Source: Rubripirellula sp. (GTDB lineage Bacteria; Planctomycetota; Planctomycetia; Pirellulales; Pirellulaceae). Taken from it: a stretch of DNA of 64,000 bases. Made by a program: the position numbers and the translations under genes. The DNA lies in assembly GCA_028823035.1 (NCBI GenBank), contig JAPKCI010000006.1, positions 2,038 through 66,037 on the forward strand, in the 5' to 3' direction. The notes below the pieces were generated by a model. It worked only from the letters and a program-made list of their open reading frames with translations, was not told where the DNA came from and did not search any database. Positions 38,680 through 49,319 of the stretch are shown piece by piece. The stretch's first letter is position 1. Every line of letters starts with the position of its first letter.

Positions 38680-39609
38680 TTGATGAACGGTATGCAGTTT
38701 TCCCGTCTTGCTTTATTCCCCATCTTTTTGCTGATCAGTTCATCGGCTTGGTCCCAGGAGGGAACGCCAACAGCAGCGTCTCGGTCGACCGAGTTGCTTT
38801 GGCCCAGTGGTGCGCCAGCTGCAGGGGGTGAAAAAGACGGGGATCGCCCGCAGTTGATTATCACTCAGGTCGAATCAGATGTTCCCACAGCGGCTGTTGT
38901 TATCCTGCCTGGCGGCGGCTATCACGGTCATGCCATGGGCCATGAGGGGTATCAGTTCGCTGATTGGTTTGCCTCGATGGGGCTGACTTCGGCAATTTGT
39001 ACTTATCGACTGCGTGGTAAAGGAAACGATGGGAAAGGATATGGACATCCCCAGCCGATGCAGGATGCGCAACGAGCGATTCAATCCTTGAGGGCCAGAT
39101 CGAAGGAGCTGAACATCGACCCAGATCGTATTGGAGTCATCGGTTTTTCGGCCGGAGGGCATCTATGCTCAACGGTTTCGACCCATTTTCTTGTCGGGGA
39201 TCCTACGGCACAGGATCCCGTCGTCCGTGTGTCGTCACGTCCCGATTTTGCAATCCTTTGTTACCCGGTCATCGCTTTTGATAAACCTTATACGCATCGG
39301 GGAAGTCAGCAGAATCTGATTGGCGCGAATCCAAGCCCAGAGCTGATCGAATTGCTTTCCAACGAACGTCAGGTCACAAAGGATACTCCGCCCACATTTC
39401 TTTTTCACACGGCTGAAGACAAGGCCGTTCCTGTTGAGAACAGTCTTCAGTATTACCTTGCGCTACAGAAGCACGGTGTGCTTTCAGAATTGCACATCTT
39501 CCCCAAGGGCAGGCATGGGGTGGGATTGGCTCAGCAGTTGCCCGGAGCATCGCAGTGGCCGGACCTTTGCCAAGCTTGGATGCGTCGGATCGGTGTGGTT
39601 ACCGAGTAG
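38680..39609 (+). CDS. Secreted alpha/beta hydrolase (acetylxylan/feruloyl-esterase-like)
   Basis: ILPGGGY, GFSAGGH nucleophile elbow, RPDFAIL.YPVI, HTAEDKAV and GRHGVG. Confidence 0.9.
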   Translation: MMNGMQFSRLALFPIFLLISSSAWSQEGTPTAASRSTELLWPSGAPAAGGEKDGDRPQLIITQVESDVPTAAVVILPGGGYHGHAMGHEGYQFADWFASMGLTSAICTYRLRGKGNDGKGYGHPQPMQDAQRAIQSLRARSKELNIDPDRIGVIGFSAGGHLCSTVSTHFLVGDPTAQDPVVRVSSRPDFAILCYPVIAFDKPYTHRGSQQNLIGANPSPELIELLSNERQVTKDTPPTFLFHTAEDKAVPVENSLQYYLALQKHGVLSELHIFPKGRHGVGLAQQLPGASQWPDLCQAWMRRIGVVTE

Positions 39610-39645
39610 CGTCGACTTTAGTAACCAAGCTTGATAGCGGCAGTA

Positions 39646-40365
39646 TCAAGCGGTTGCAAAAAGTCGCTCGCGAGATATGGCGTTGGGCCGATTTGTTTGA
39701 TTTTCTAGATAACCCGGGTCTGAAGGCTCAGATTCCATTGATTGCAAGGCCGTATGAAATGCCTGTTTCGAATCACCGAGACAGGCAGCGGTGAGATGAT
39801 TCACTTCTTCTGCATTGGTGATTTCACCAAGTGGATGAAGTCCATTACTCGTGCGGGCGATGATCAGAATGCGCTGGCCGCACCGCAGGAGAGAAATTTG
39901 CGTTCGTGGATCGATGGAAGTACTGCCGAGATCCTGAAAAACCTCCTTGGGGATGGTGCCAGTCCCGCCTGAACGTCCGCCAAATTTTCGGGTAACCCAG
40001 ATCAAGGCCGCAAACAAACCAAGAACCACTGCCAAACTGGAAGTGACTGTGATCAGTGGGCTGGTGACACGCATGCCCGATGCCTTCTCGATATCTGTCT
40101 CCGGGCTCGTTTGCCCCGATGTCGGGACGAGAGAGGGAAAGGTGCGATTCGATGCTTGCTCATTTGAAACGGACCTTGTGCTGGCAGTCAAGTCAGCACT
40201 GGAGCTCGCGGTTGGTGCTTTGAAGCGAGTTTGTTCCACTGTCTTCAGAACGCCACGATTCCGGATGAGGCTCGTGCCTTCCTGCGCCATCGCAGAACTA
40301 CAGAGTCCGCAGAAAGCGAGTACGCCGGCACACACGTGGTACAGCAACTTCTTCATGATGGTCAT
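39646..40365 (-). CDS. fliO: Flagellar biosynthesis protein FliO/FliZ family
   Basis: Single TM (LAVVLGLFAALIW) then DLGSTSIDPRTQISLLRCGQRILII; lies directly after fliN. Confidence 0.75.
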   Translation of the reverse strand: MTIMKKLLYHVCAGVLAFCGLCSSAMAQEGTSLIRNRGVLKTVEQTRFKAPTASSSADLTASTRSVSNEQASNRTFPSLVPTSGQTSPETDIEKASGMRVTSPLITVTSSLAVVLGLFAALIWVTRKFGGRSGGTGTIPKEVFQDLGSTSIDPRTQISLLRCGQRILIIARTSNGLHPLGEITNAEEVNHLTAACLGDSKQAFHTALQSMESEPSDPGYLENQTNRPNAISRERLFATA

Positions 40366-40422
40366 TTCGGCGATGTGAGGATTGCAAACTGGTGATCAGG
40401 CTGTGGCCACGATTCGTGCAGA

Positions 40423-40893
40423 CTATGCTCCAACCAGTTCTGTTACCCGTATACAGAAATTATCGTTCATGACCAAGACTTCTCCCCTCGCAATCAGGCG
40501 TCCATTGACAAAGACATCAACTGGGTCGCCAGCTAGTTTGTCGAGTGCGACCACAGATCCGCCTCGCAGTTGCAGGACCTCTTCGAGGCACATTTGCGTT
40601 CGCCCCAGTTCGATCCGGAGGTCCATTTCGACCTCTCCCAGCAAATCGATGGGCTGTCTTTCCGACGGTTCTGTCGAGGGTGACAGATTATTCAAGTCAA
40701 AGGGAGTAGGGTTCGCTTGCGGCGATGTTTCCTCACTCGTGGCTTCATCGAGTGATTCAGTCGCTTGATCAAGTAACTTTTCGATGTCAGCGGTTTGCAC
40801 GTTGTCAGCATCGTCCACTGATTCTTCTCGAACGGCCTCTTCTGTTGCACCTGTTGCATCAGATTGCGTTGGTTCGTCTTTTGGATCAGCCAC
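40423..40893 (-). CDS. fliN: Flagellar motor switch protein FliN
   Basis: [37 protein letters not shown] SpoA domain; acidic N-terminal extension. Confidence 0.93.
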   Translation of the reverse strand: MADPKDEPTQSDATGATEEAVREESVDDADNVQTADIEKLLDQATESLDEATSEETSPQANPTPFDLNNLSPSTEPSERQPIDLLGEVEMDLRIELGRTQMCLEEVLQLRGGSVVALDKLAGDPVDVFVNGRLIARGEVLVMNDNFCIRVTELVGA

Positions 40894-40962
40894 AGTGTCG
40901 TCCTTCCTTGGACTCGGTGTTTCATGCGGGCGAGTTTCACAACGACACCCTGCGAAGTTGGA

Positions 40963-41514
40963 TCACTGTTCGATGAGTTGATAGCTTTTAAATCCGACAC
41001 CTATCAACAAATCGTCCGCCAGTAGATGGTTACATTCCGTCAAAATACGTCGTTCAAGCAAGCCCAAATTATTCTTGCTGAGTTCTTCAAGGTCACTATT
41101 GCGGATTTTTGTTCGAATTGCGTGCCTCAAACGACCCTGTTTACCCTCATGTTCCAGTGACAGTTGTTCTCTGAATTTTTCCTTCACCAAGCCGTAGAGT
41201 TCAATTTCAACGCGAAAAGTCAGTTCGGTATCCTGAGGGCTGAACGTCTCGCCGAACTTGCCCAAGGGGAATTCCTTGATCAGATTCTCGTCATTGATTT
41301 GTTTTTTGGTTGCGTTTTCTCCTTGCTGGATCGAGTCTAGCAAGCGTTCTTCCGCCAATGCGCTGACTTCGTCGGCACTCGGAATGAAGAAGAAGAACAT
41401 GGCCGTTTCCATGAGGATGACGATGGATACAAACGCGATGATCATACCGCGTCCGCCCAAGCCGCTGGCAATGGGGGATTCTGGTTCTTCTGTTTTTTGG
41501 TCGTCATCTGCCAT
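40963..41514 (-). CDS. fliL: FliL-like flagellar protein
   Basis: N-terminal TM, RLRHAIRTKIR and NHLLADDLLIGVGF; sits between motB and fliN. Confidence 0.7.
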   Translation of the reverse strand: MADDDQKTEEPESPIASGLGGRGMIIAFVSIVILMETAMFFFFIPSADEVSALAEERLLDSIQQGENATKKQINDENLIKEFPLGKFGETFSPQDTELTFRVEIELYGLVKEKFREQLSLEHEGKQGRLRHAIRTKIRNSDLEELSKNNLGLLERRILTECNHLLADDLLIGVGFKSYQLIEQ

Positions 41515-42284
41515 TATTTTTTCTCCCGGTTTGCGTTGCTTGACGTGTCTTTTTTTCTCGGGGATTCCATTTTGTTGGGATCTACGAAGGACTCATTTAG
41601 CATGAACACTTCAACACGAGGGTCGGGGATACTTGAGTCCCCGGATACTGAGTTGTCGATTGGTTCGCTGTCACCGACAGAGGAGACCCGGCACCTTGCC
41701 GGGTTGATGCCCTCTTCGTCGACCAAAGCCTGCCTGACGTTCAATGCACGTTCAAATCCAAGCTGAATTGTCATTTTCGTATCGTCAACGCGACCGGCAT
41801 AAGCTGGCGACACGTGACCGCGTATTTCAATTTTTTGCGGCTTGCCTCTGAGTTTGTTGGCCAGATCCTTGATCTCGGCACGCGCCGTGGGTGTAAGTGT
41901 TGCTTTTGCGATGTCAAAAAAGATGACCGCACCAACAGCTGTGAGTTGCCCAGGGCGAACGATACGAACCTTAGGTTCTTCACCATCGGGCGCTTTGACG
42001 GGAACACCACCCTTGGTGGTGTCTTTTCGCTTGGCCCTGCCCGTTGTAGCCAAGGGAGTAAATTCTGTTTTTCGCGGACGCTTTTTTCCAGGTGACAATG
42101 AGTCAGCAGATCGTGAGTATCCGAACTCGCGTTGAACGGAGTCAACCAGTTTCTGATAGGTCTCGTCGTCTTTGATTTCACTGAGGGAAACAAGCATGAT
42201 GAAGAAAGTCAGCAACAGGCTCATCATGTCACCGAAGGTGACGACCCACTCAGGGATTTTTATTTCTTCCGATTCATCGTCCAT
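41514..42284 (-). CDS. motB: Flagellar stator MotB/PomB (OmpA-like)
   Basis: WVVTFGDMMSLLLTFF TM with conserved Asp; IEIRGH and RVEVF OmpA-like motifs. Confidence 0.93.
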   Translation of the reverse strand: MDDESEEIKIPEWVVTFGDMMSLLLTFFIMLVSLSEIKDDETYQKLVDSVQREFGYSRSADSLSPGKKRPRKTEFTPLATTGRAKRKDTTKGGVPVKAPDGEEPKVRIVRPGQLTAVGAVIFFDIAKATLTPTARAEIKDLANKLRGKPQKIEIRGHVSPAYAGRVDDTKMTIQLGFERALNVRQALVDEEGINPARCRVSSVGDSEPIDNSVSGDSSIPDPRVEVFMLNESFVDPNKMESPRKKDTSSNANREKK

Positions 42285-42286
42285 GA

Positions 42287-43048
42287 CTAGTCCACATCAC
42301 GTTGTTTGGGAGGCAGAAAGGTCCGTAGCTTCTGGTCAATGGCACGTGGACTTTCACCTGACTGAATTGCCATTACGCCACGAATAGCGATTTCAAAACT
42401 GACCATTTCATTGCGGCTCATCAGTCCCAGTTTTTCGGCAAAGGGGCTGAAGAAAACGTTGGCGATGATCGCACCGTAAAGCGTCGTGATCAGAGCGACA
42501 GCCATGCCAGCACCGATGCCAGACGGGTCGCTCATGTCTTGCAGCATCATGATCAGTCCGATCAGCGTTCCGATCATTCCATAGGCTGGAGCAAATCTGC
42601 CCAGTTGGTCCATGATGTTTTTACCTTCGCGATGTCGAGCGGCAATGGCGTCGATTTCTGTCCTCAAGACCTCTTCGACGACATCGGGGGTGCTGCCATC
42701 GACAGCCATTTGTATTCCCGTCTTCACCAGTGGGTTGTCGATTTCGATCACTTTGGATTCAAGTGCCAGCAGTCCATCACGTCGGGCAGTTTCAGCGAGT
42801 TCGACAATTTGCTTGATGAGTCCAATGCGATCTTCGCTCTTGTTCAGCAAGACCTTCATCGCAATCAGCGGTGCCTTCAGCATGCTATTGAGCGGAAAAC
42901 AAATCATGGCAGCGGAAACAGCACCACCAAATACGACCAACATGGATGGAAGATCCAGGAAGGCGGTAAAAGGGGCTTCACCCAACAAGATAGAGGTGAT
43001 TATCAACCCGATCGCAAGAATCAGGCCGAGGATACTGGCAATGTCCAT
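42287..43048 (-). CDS. motA: Flagellar stator MotA/PomA
   Basis: ARRDGLLALE, APAYGMIGTLIGL and MAVALITTLYG motifs; 253 aa. Confidence 0.95.
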   Translation of the reverse strand: MDIASILGLILAIGLIITSILLGEAPFTAFLDLPSMLVVFGGAVSAAMICFPLNSMLKAPLIAMKVLLNKSEDRIGLIKQIVELAETARRDGLLALESKVIEIDNPLVKTGIQMAVDGSTPDVVEEVLRTEIDAIAARHREGKNIMDQLGRFAPAYGMIGTLIGLIMMLQDMSDPSGIGAGMAVALITTLYGAIIANVFFSPFAEKLGLMSRNEMVSFEIAIRGVMAIQSGESPRAIDQKLRTFLPPKQRDVD

Positions 43049-43066
43049 GGTGTAATTCTGCGATGA

Positions 43067-43306
43067 TCAGTTCGTGGCGGGCGTTGAAACCGTTGCGTTT
43101 GCGAAATTCGCAGTTGGCATGGGCATAAAGTGCTTCTGCTGTTGGTACTGTACGGCACGCTCGATCACGACCTTCATTGATTCGCCGACAACGATTCGTT
43201 CACCGCTGATGAGCGTAATAAAGGTGTCTGGTCTTTGTTCGATGTAGCGAATCAAGTCCGCATTCAGGACGAATGATTCACCATCAAGTCGAGTCAGTTT
43301 GATCAT
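43067..43306 (-). CDS. flbD: Flagellar FlbD family protein
   Basis: MIKLTRLDG..FVLNADLIRYIEQRPDTFITL..G signature. Start placed at ATG 43306. Confidence 0.92.
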   Translation of the reverse strand: MIKLTRLDGESFVLNADLIRYIEQRPDTFITLISGERIVVGESMKVVIERAVQYQQQKHFMPMPTANFANATVSTPATN

Positions 43307-43529
43307 AAGATGTCCCCGAGCTGCGTGGATGCCATGAGTAAGGGAAGGGTGTCTCCCCTGTCGGCTAAAACGCATGACGTCGGTAGCTTGTCCGAATGGG
43401 GCAGGCCAACGTTCGTCATACAAAGCTAGGACACGTTGGGCGTAGAGTCGCTTGATGCCAAAAAGAAACGTGGCCTTACCTGCATCACCCGACAGCTATA
43501 GCTGGCACGATTGCTATAACCGTCATAAC

Positions 43530-44225
43530 TCATACACGTCGTGGACGGTATAAATCCAAATCATCCCGGCCTGCTAACTGCGAATAAATGTCAACGATGC
43601 GATGGCGGCTAGCCAGGATGCTGTTGGATCTGGTTGATGTCGACGGTTCGATGCGGAACAGGTACGGAACAGGCAGGGGGAAACCGAACTGGATATCACA
43701 GTCCTGGCCGGTCGCGATCAGGACGGCTTCCACACGCAATGTCTCGATTGTGCCATCGCCGTCGATCGACGTGAGCTGGAAATCAGCTGGGAAATTCGAC
43801 AGATCTTCGGACTTATCGTCCGACTGGACATCCAGCGGATCAATCCTTGTCACGTGCTGGCCCGTCTTGACCTTGCCACGCAGTAAATCTGATTCTGATA
43901 CCGGTACCAACCCGCGGTGAACCCACTCGCTGACGGTGGTTGGAAGCATGAGAGGTGGATTGGCGGGATTCTCAGCAGCATTTTGGGCTGCTACGGCGGA
44001 CAACGCGAGAGGCGAAAGACATTGGTCGGGTAAGACCGTCAAATCGTCGTCACTTGCCTGCAGCATGTTTTGTCCCACGACCCCCTTTTCAAATATCGTC
44101 ACGTTATAGCCGAGGAACCGGCCATACAGACCAGCTTCGATTCCGTGTGTACCCGCACCCACAATGGCGATGGAACCAGGAGGGTCAAGGGTCAGTTCCC
44201 TATCGGTATTGGGAGAATCGTTCAT
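43530..44225 (-). CDS. Short FAD/NAD(P)-binding-domain protein
   Basis: IAIVGAGTHGIEAG Rossmann motif, IFEKG, and later AVLIATG; no second dinucleotide domain visible. Confidence 0.65.
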   Translation of the reverse strand: MNDSPNTDRELTLDPPGSIAIVGAGTHGIEAGLYGRFLGYNVTIFEKGVVGQNMLQASDDDLTVLPDQCLSPLALSAVAAQNAAENPANPPLMLPTTVSEWVHRGLVPVSESDLLRGKVKTGQHVTRIDPLDVQSDDKSEDLSNFPADFQLTSIDGDGTIETLRVEAVLIATGQDCDIQFGFPLPVPYLFRIEPSTSTRSNSILASRHRIVDIYSQLAGRDDLDLYRPRRV

Positions 44226-44235
44226 CGAGGATGAG

Positions 44236-45375
44236 TTAAAAGTGGGCGGTGTTGCTTCGTTGCTGCTTTCCAACGTGGAAAGCATCGATTGGGATGCGCG
44301 GCGTTGATTCACTGAGGAGGTCAGCAATCAGCACGGCGGTGCCGGGTGACAAGTGCAGTCCACTGCGGTAGTGACCAGCGGCAACATACAGGTTGTCGAT
44401 CCCCGGGACACGCCCAATCATTGGGAATCCGTCATACGTCATCGGTCGCAGACCTGACCATGCTGCGACTCGTTCGGCGGACGTGAGCTCGGGAAGCAAG
44501 TGGGTTGCAAATTGAAATAGGGATTCAAGGACGGTGTCTGTTGTTCCCAGTTCGAAACCTTTTTCTTCTTCATTCGAACCAACGAGCGTGTGACCATCTT
44601 CGCGGGCGAGAACGTACCGATGCCCCATATTGATGACACTGTTTACGAGAGGAGCGGCAGTTTTTAGTAACAGGATTTGGCCCCGAATCGGTACGATGCT
44701 GAGTTCCAGTTCCAGTGACTGCGCAACACGACCTGTCCAAGCGCCGGTGGTGAGAACGAAACTGTCACACTCATGCCAATCACCCCGGTAGTGGGCTTGA
44801 GCGTGTCCGTTGAGGCAGCGCATCTCAGTCACTTCGGTGTTTTCGATGAAACGAACACCCGATTTAAGGCATGCCGCCGCCAGAGCTTGAAGGTATCGGG
44901 GGGGCCGCACCTGATATTCATCTGGGACGTACCATGCTGCTGCATTGCTGGTATGCCGAAACCAGGTGGCTAACGAGGGTTCGTGGGCAACAAGTTCTTC
45001 TGAGGTCAGCGGCACACACTCGATGGACAACTCCTGCCAATAGTCTGTCATTCCGCACATGGCAGCGATTTCTCCTGGTGTTTCTGCCAAGTACAGCCCA
45101 CCGCATTGCATCAGTCCCGGATCGATTCCGGTATCCAGCTTCAGTTTTTCAGCCCACGGGGGAAAGAGTTCATGACTCAAACCGCGGAGTCGATCGATAG
45201 GGTCGGATGAAATTTTGCGATTGGCTGGCGGCAAAATTCCGGCGCCTGACCATGAGGTTGCTTTTCCGGTTCTGCTTCGGTCAATGATCGAGACGTCGAA
45301 TCCACGCTGCGAGAGTTCCCACGCTGCGCTCAGGCCAATCGCACCTCCACCAACAACGGTTACGGTCCTGGGCAT
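44236..45375 (-). CDS. thiO: Glycine oxidase ThiO (DAO family)
   Basis: VVGGGAIG, ATSWSGAGIL, IVPIRGQ, WSGLRP and GHYRSGLHL motifs. Confidence 0.85.
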   Translation of the reverse strand: MPRTVTVVGGGAIGLSAAWELSQRGFDVSIIDRSRTGKATSWSGAGILPPANRKISSDPIDRLRGLSHELFPPWAEKLKLDTGIDPGLMQCGGLYLAETPGEIAAMCGMTDYWQELSIECVPLTSEELVAHEPSLATWFRHTSNAAAWYVPDEYQVRPPRYLQALAAACLKSGVRFIENTEVTEMRCLNGHAQAHYRGDWHECDSFVLTTGAWTGRVAQSLELELSIVPIRGQILLLKTAAPLVNSVINMGHRYVLAREDGHTLVGSNEEEKGFELGTTDTVLESLFQFATHLLPELTSAERVAAWSGLRPMTYDGFPMIGRVPGIDNLYVAAGHYRSGLHLSPGTAVLIADLLSESTPRIPIDAFHVGKQQRSNTAHF

Positions 45376-46118
45376 TCAGTGCCTTCTTCGAAAAGTGAGG
45401 ATTCTTTGAGAATTGTTTCCAGCTTCAGAAACAAATCTTGATGGACGGTTCCCTTCTGTTGTTCGGTCGCCAACCGAGACGTGCGGAGATTGACAAGTTC
45501 CCTGACGGTGTCCACATCTTCCCGTGTCTGGAGTTCGGTGAACGTCAAATCTGAGCCCGCCAGCTTTTCGCGGGTGACTTCCAGCACATCGGTGGTGCTC
45601 CAGGGAACTCCTTGAAACATGTTTTCGAAGTTCGGTTGCCATGGCCCGGACATGCCGATCAGGTAGTAGCCACCATCGGCAGCAGGTCCAAGCACTACGT
45701 CGGATTGCAGCAGACAGTCCGCTGCAGCATCAATGTCGGATTTGAGCAACAGTGGGCAATCGCCGCCGATCAGAATGGCATTCTGGCGTCCATCGCGACT
45801 GAGCGTTTCCCTGAACCAGTCATTCATTCTCGTTCCGAGATCGCCGTTCCCCTGAGGGATGACCGTCCATTTCTGCGATAACTGCCATTTTTCCAGTTCC
45901 TGCCGAAAAATCTGGATAGTGTCATGCGGGGAAAGGCAGACGCACCGCTGGTCGCCTGCTTCAGACAACGATCCGCATAAATGAGAGACGAAGAGTTTGT
46001 GCAATTCCGCCGCAGTGTCCATCCCAATGGTTTTTCCCAGCCGGGTTTTTACGCAGCCGGATACCCAGTATTTGGTCATTATGCCAAGCGTGGTCGGGGT
46101 ATAATATTCAATAGACAC
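45360..46118 (-). CDS. DUF2064/TIGR04282-type glycosyltransferase
   Basis: VKTRLG, QGNGDLGTRM, LIGGDCP, LGPAADGGYYLIGM, WST and DVDT motifs. Start could be ATG 46082. Confidence 0.88.
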   Translation of the reverse strand: MSIEYYTPTTLGIMTKYWVSGCVKTRLGKTIGMDTAAELHKLFVSHLCGSLSEAGDQRCVCLSPHDTIQIFRQELEKWQLSQKWTVIPQGNGDLGTRMNDWFRETLSRDGRQNAILIGGDCPLLLKSDIDAAADCLLQSDVVLGPAADGGYYLIGMSGPWQPNFENMFQGVPWSTTDVLEVTREKLAGSDLTFTELQTREDVDTVRELVNLRTSRLATEQQKGTVHQDLFLKLETILKESSLFEEGTECPGP

Positions 46119-46448
46119 GAAAATTACATCTTTGGCGGATTGGTTGGCAGGGGCGTCGGTTGTCCGTTCGGAAAATTACTTTAAATCTGTTCTTTTGATG
46201 CTAACCGGTATATCCGTCCTCTGTGGAGGGCCGTCTGCGATTCTGGAAGGGAAATATCGTCGCATCAAGTGCCGTGGTAGAATAATACTTTGGCATAGAC
46301 GCAGTCCGACTGCGGGTTTTGGGTGCGTTTGACGCGTCCCTTCTTGAAACCAGTGCAACAAAATGGCTTGTCGCTTAACCAGCTTGACGAAACCTGTTAT
46401 CTTCTCAATCCGATTCACCGAACTCCATGGGGTCACGGCCGGCAGCCC

Positions 46449-48011
46449 ATGACGCAAAAGCTGACATCAGAACGCTTCCTACAGATGGTCGCCAAGAGCG
46501 GCATTGTCGATGCGAAAGCCTCAGATCGACTTGTGGGGAAGGTACGCAAAAAGCTTGACGGCGGATTACCAGCGAACCCCAAAAAGCTGGCGTCGCTCTT
46601 CGTCCGGGAAGGCCTGCTGACGGACTGGCACGTCGATAAACTGTTGGCTGGCAAATACAAAGGATTCTTTCTCGGAAAGTACAAGTTGTTGGGTCACATT
46701 GGCACTGGCGGCATGAGCAGTGTCTATCTCAGCGAACACATCAGGATGGGTGATAAGAGAGCCATCAAAGTGCTGCCCAAGAGTCGGGTGCATGATGCGA
46801 CTTATTTGGCCCGATTCATGTTGGAAGCCAAAGCGATTGCTTCCTTGAATCACCCGAATATCGTTTTGGCTTACGACATCGACAACGAAGACGATGTTCA
46901 TTACATCGTCATGGAGTATGTCGATGGTGTCGATCTGCATCAATTGGTCAAACGTGACGGTGCGATTGACCCTTCAACCACAGCAGACCTGATTGCACAG
47001 GCCGCTCGAGGTTTGGCACATGCTCACGAGAAGGGTGTGATCCATCGCGACGTGAAGCCAGCAAACCTGCTGATCGATAGTAGTGGGGTTGTCCGTTTGT
47101 TGGACATGGGTCTGGCGCTGGTCAAGGCGACTGACGATGAATCCCTGACTATCGCCAACAATGAAAATGTATTGGGGACAGCCGACTACCTTGCACCCGA
47201 ACAGGCGTTGAACAGCCACGAGGTTGATCATCGGGCGGACATTTACGGTTTGGGTTGCACTATGTACTTCCTGCTGACCGGAAAACCGCCCTTCAGTGAT
47301 GGAACTTTGGCACAGCGAATCGCAAAACATCAGACGGAAATGCCAACGGCCATTCGACAATTGAGACCTGATTGCCCCGGTGAGCTAGAAGGGATTTGCG
47401 TGAAGATGATTCAGAAGGATCCTCGTTACCGTTACCAGTGTGGAACTGACGTTGCAGAGGTTCTGGAAAAATTCACGAGTAAAGTCCCCAAGGGCACCAA
47501 AGTAACGGTTGGCTTGGGAGACATGCCTGAGTTTGATACCGATGAATCGTCTTCGATATCGCTGGACGATGATGATTCGTCGTTGCGTTATGGCGATACG
47601 ATCAGTAACAAGAACGATGAGACACTTGCCAATAATCGATCGGCGTTGGTCCGCGGAAAGGGTTTGAGTGCAAGTGACAGCGGGCGTCTGGTTGATGTGA
47701 AACCAAGGCCAGATCTCGTAGGCGGAAGTTTTCTTGACCTGCAGTCGGAATCGGGCTACCGACCAAACTCGGATGTCGGTGAAAGACGAGCCAAATCCGA
47801 CAGTCCTCGTAAGGCTTCAAAGCCAGGCGCATCTGACGTGGGCATTGCTGACTCGCAACCGGGTAGCAGTTCTAAGGCTACCAGCAGCAGCGGTCGGGGC
47901 GGAAATGGTCGTTCCAAAGGAATCGACCCGTTGCTGATGACAGCTTTGATGATCGCGTCGATCGTGGGATCGTTGTTCGTCGGTTATTTGCTAGCTGAGA
48001 TTACCAAATAG
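46449..48011 (+). CDS. Ser/Thr protein kinase with a C-terminal membrane anchor
   Basis: [30 protein letters not shown]; low-complexity linker; terminal TM. Start placed at ATG 46449. Confidence 0.95.
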   Translation: MTQKLTSERFLQMVAKSGIVDAKASDRLVGKVRKKLDGGLPANPKKLASLFVREGLLTDWHVDKLLAGKYKGFFLGKYKLLGHIGTGGMSSVYLSEHIRMGDKRAIKVLPKSRVHDATYLARFMLEAKAIASLNHPNIVLAYDIDNEDDVHYIVMEYVDGVDLHQLVKRDGAIDPSTTADLIAQAARGLAHAHEKGVIHRDVKPANLLIDSSGVVRLLDMGLALVKATDDESLTIANNENVLGTADYLAPEQALNSHEVDHRADIYGLGCTMYFLLTGKPPFSDGTLAQRIAKHQTEMPTAIRQLRPDCPGELEGICVKMIQKDPRYRYQCGTDVAEVLEKFTSKVPKGTKVTVGLGDMPEFDTDESSSISLDDDDSSLRYGDTISNKNDETLANNRSALVRGKGLSASDSGRLVDVKPRPDLVGGSFLDLQSESGYRPNSDVGERRAKSDSPRKASKPGASDVGIADSQPGSSSKATSSSGRGGNGRSKGIDPLLMTALMIASIVGSLFVGYLLAEITK

Positions 48012-48048
48012 CAACGCCTTCTACGAGGATTTTTCAGAGCGGGGAAAA

Positions 48049-49284
48049 TTGCCGATGACTGTCGTTTTTGACCGGCCATATCAATTCGTACCGCCGCATC
48101 GGGGAAAGTTCTGGCCTGCCGTCATCCAGAGATTGAGGCTGGTGGATTCGTATCTGAAATGGAAAGAAGGTGTCGTTTCATGCGAGTGCCGCGATCTACA
48201 CCATCTGCGAGAGTCGTTGGATCGTGGGCACGGAATACTGCTGGCACCGAATCACTGCCGGTATGCCGATCCATTGGTTTTGGGGTGGCCCGCCCGTGAA
48301 CTGAGAACAAATGTTTATGCAATGGCCTCGTGGCACCTTTTCAACAAGGGACGCTTCGATGGATTTGCGATTCAGAAAATGGGTGGATTCAGCATTCATC
48401 GCGAGGCAAGCGACCGGCAGGCTCTCGATACTGCAATAGGAATCTTGGCAACTGCGGAACGGCCACTGGTTTTGTTTCCTGAAGGTACGACCAACCGTAG
48501 CAACGATGTGTTGAAGCCTCTATTGGACGGCGTTTCTTTCATTGCACGAGCGGCAGCCCGACGCCGTGAAAAAAAATCGAATGGACAAGTCGTGATGCAC
48601 CCGGTTGGTATCAAGTATTTGTGCACTGAAGACATCCATCCGTGGGCCGATGAGCAACTGTCTGTCATGGAGCAGCGACTTGGCTGGCAAAAGTCCCCTG
48701 AAATCTCGATTCTGCAGCGGACGGAGAGGTTGATCAAGGGCATATTTGTATTGCGAGAAGTTCAGTATCTGGGCGATGTAGGATCAGGAACACTGACCCA
48801 AAGACGCGATGCGTTGATTGCCAACATCTTGCTGCGAATTGAGTCCAGACTTGAGCTTGAATCAAAGGACGATGATATTCGCAACCGTGTGCGGGTCATT
48901 CGTTCAGTTGTTTCGGCGCGGTTCTTCCAGAGCGATGCAACTATTGAACCTGACGAACACATACAATTAAAGCAGGACGTGGTCGCAGCGGACCTCGTCC
49001 AGGAAATGGTGTCCACTCCGGAGTCATATCTGCAGGCTGATCAGGTCACTGACACGCGAATTGTGGAAACGATTCAAGGCATGCAGGATGCATTATTGGG
49101 AAAAGCGTCTTGCAGCGTGCCGTTACGGGCAGTGATACAGTTTGGTGAAGCGATCAGGGTGCCCGCGGAGAAGGCTCCCAGAGACCGAGATGATCCGCTG
49201 ATGGTGCAGTTGCAGGATAGATTAAGTGTGATGTTGGAGATATTGTCACGGGATGCACGCGCCATTTCCGACGATCGTCTTTAA
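48049..49284 (+). CDS. PlsC-type glycerolipid acyltransferase
   Basis: NHCRYAD (HX4D) and LFPEG motifs. Confidence 0.88.
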   Translation: MPMTVVFDRPYQFVPPHRGKFWPAVIQRLRLVDSYLKWKEGVVSCECRDLHHLRESLDRGHGILLAPNHCRYADPLVLGWPARELRTNVYAMASWHLFNKGRFDGFAIQKMGGFSIHREASDRQALDTAIGILATAERPLVLFPEGTTNRSNDVLKPLLDGVSFIARAAARRREKKSNGQVVMHPVGIKYLCTEDIHPWADEQLSVMEQRLGWQKSPEISILQRTERLIKGIFVLREVQYLGDVGSGTLTQRRDALIANILLRIESRLELESKDDDIRNRVRVIRSVVSARFFQSDATIEPDEHIQLKQDVVAADLVQEMVSTPESYLQADQVTDTRIVETIQGMQDALLGKASCSVPLRAVIQFGEAIRVPAEKAPRDRDDPLMVQLQDRLSVMLEILSRDARAISDDRL

Positions 49285-49319
49285 AAGTTGAAACTGACTC
49301 CAGACTCATGAGCTAGCGA

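Noticed and set aside
46119-46448. TPP riboswitch upstream of the thiO operon
   Set aside because: No CTGAGA / GAACCTGAT-type core is seen on the minus strand.
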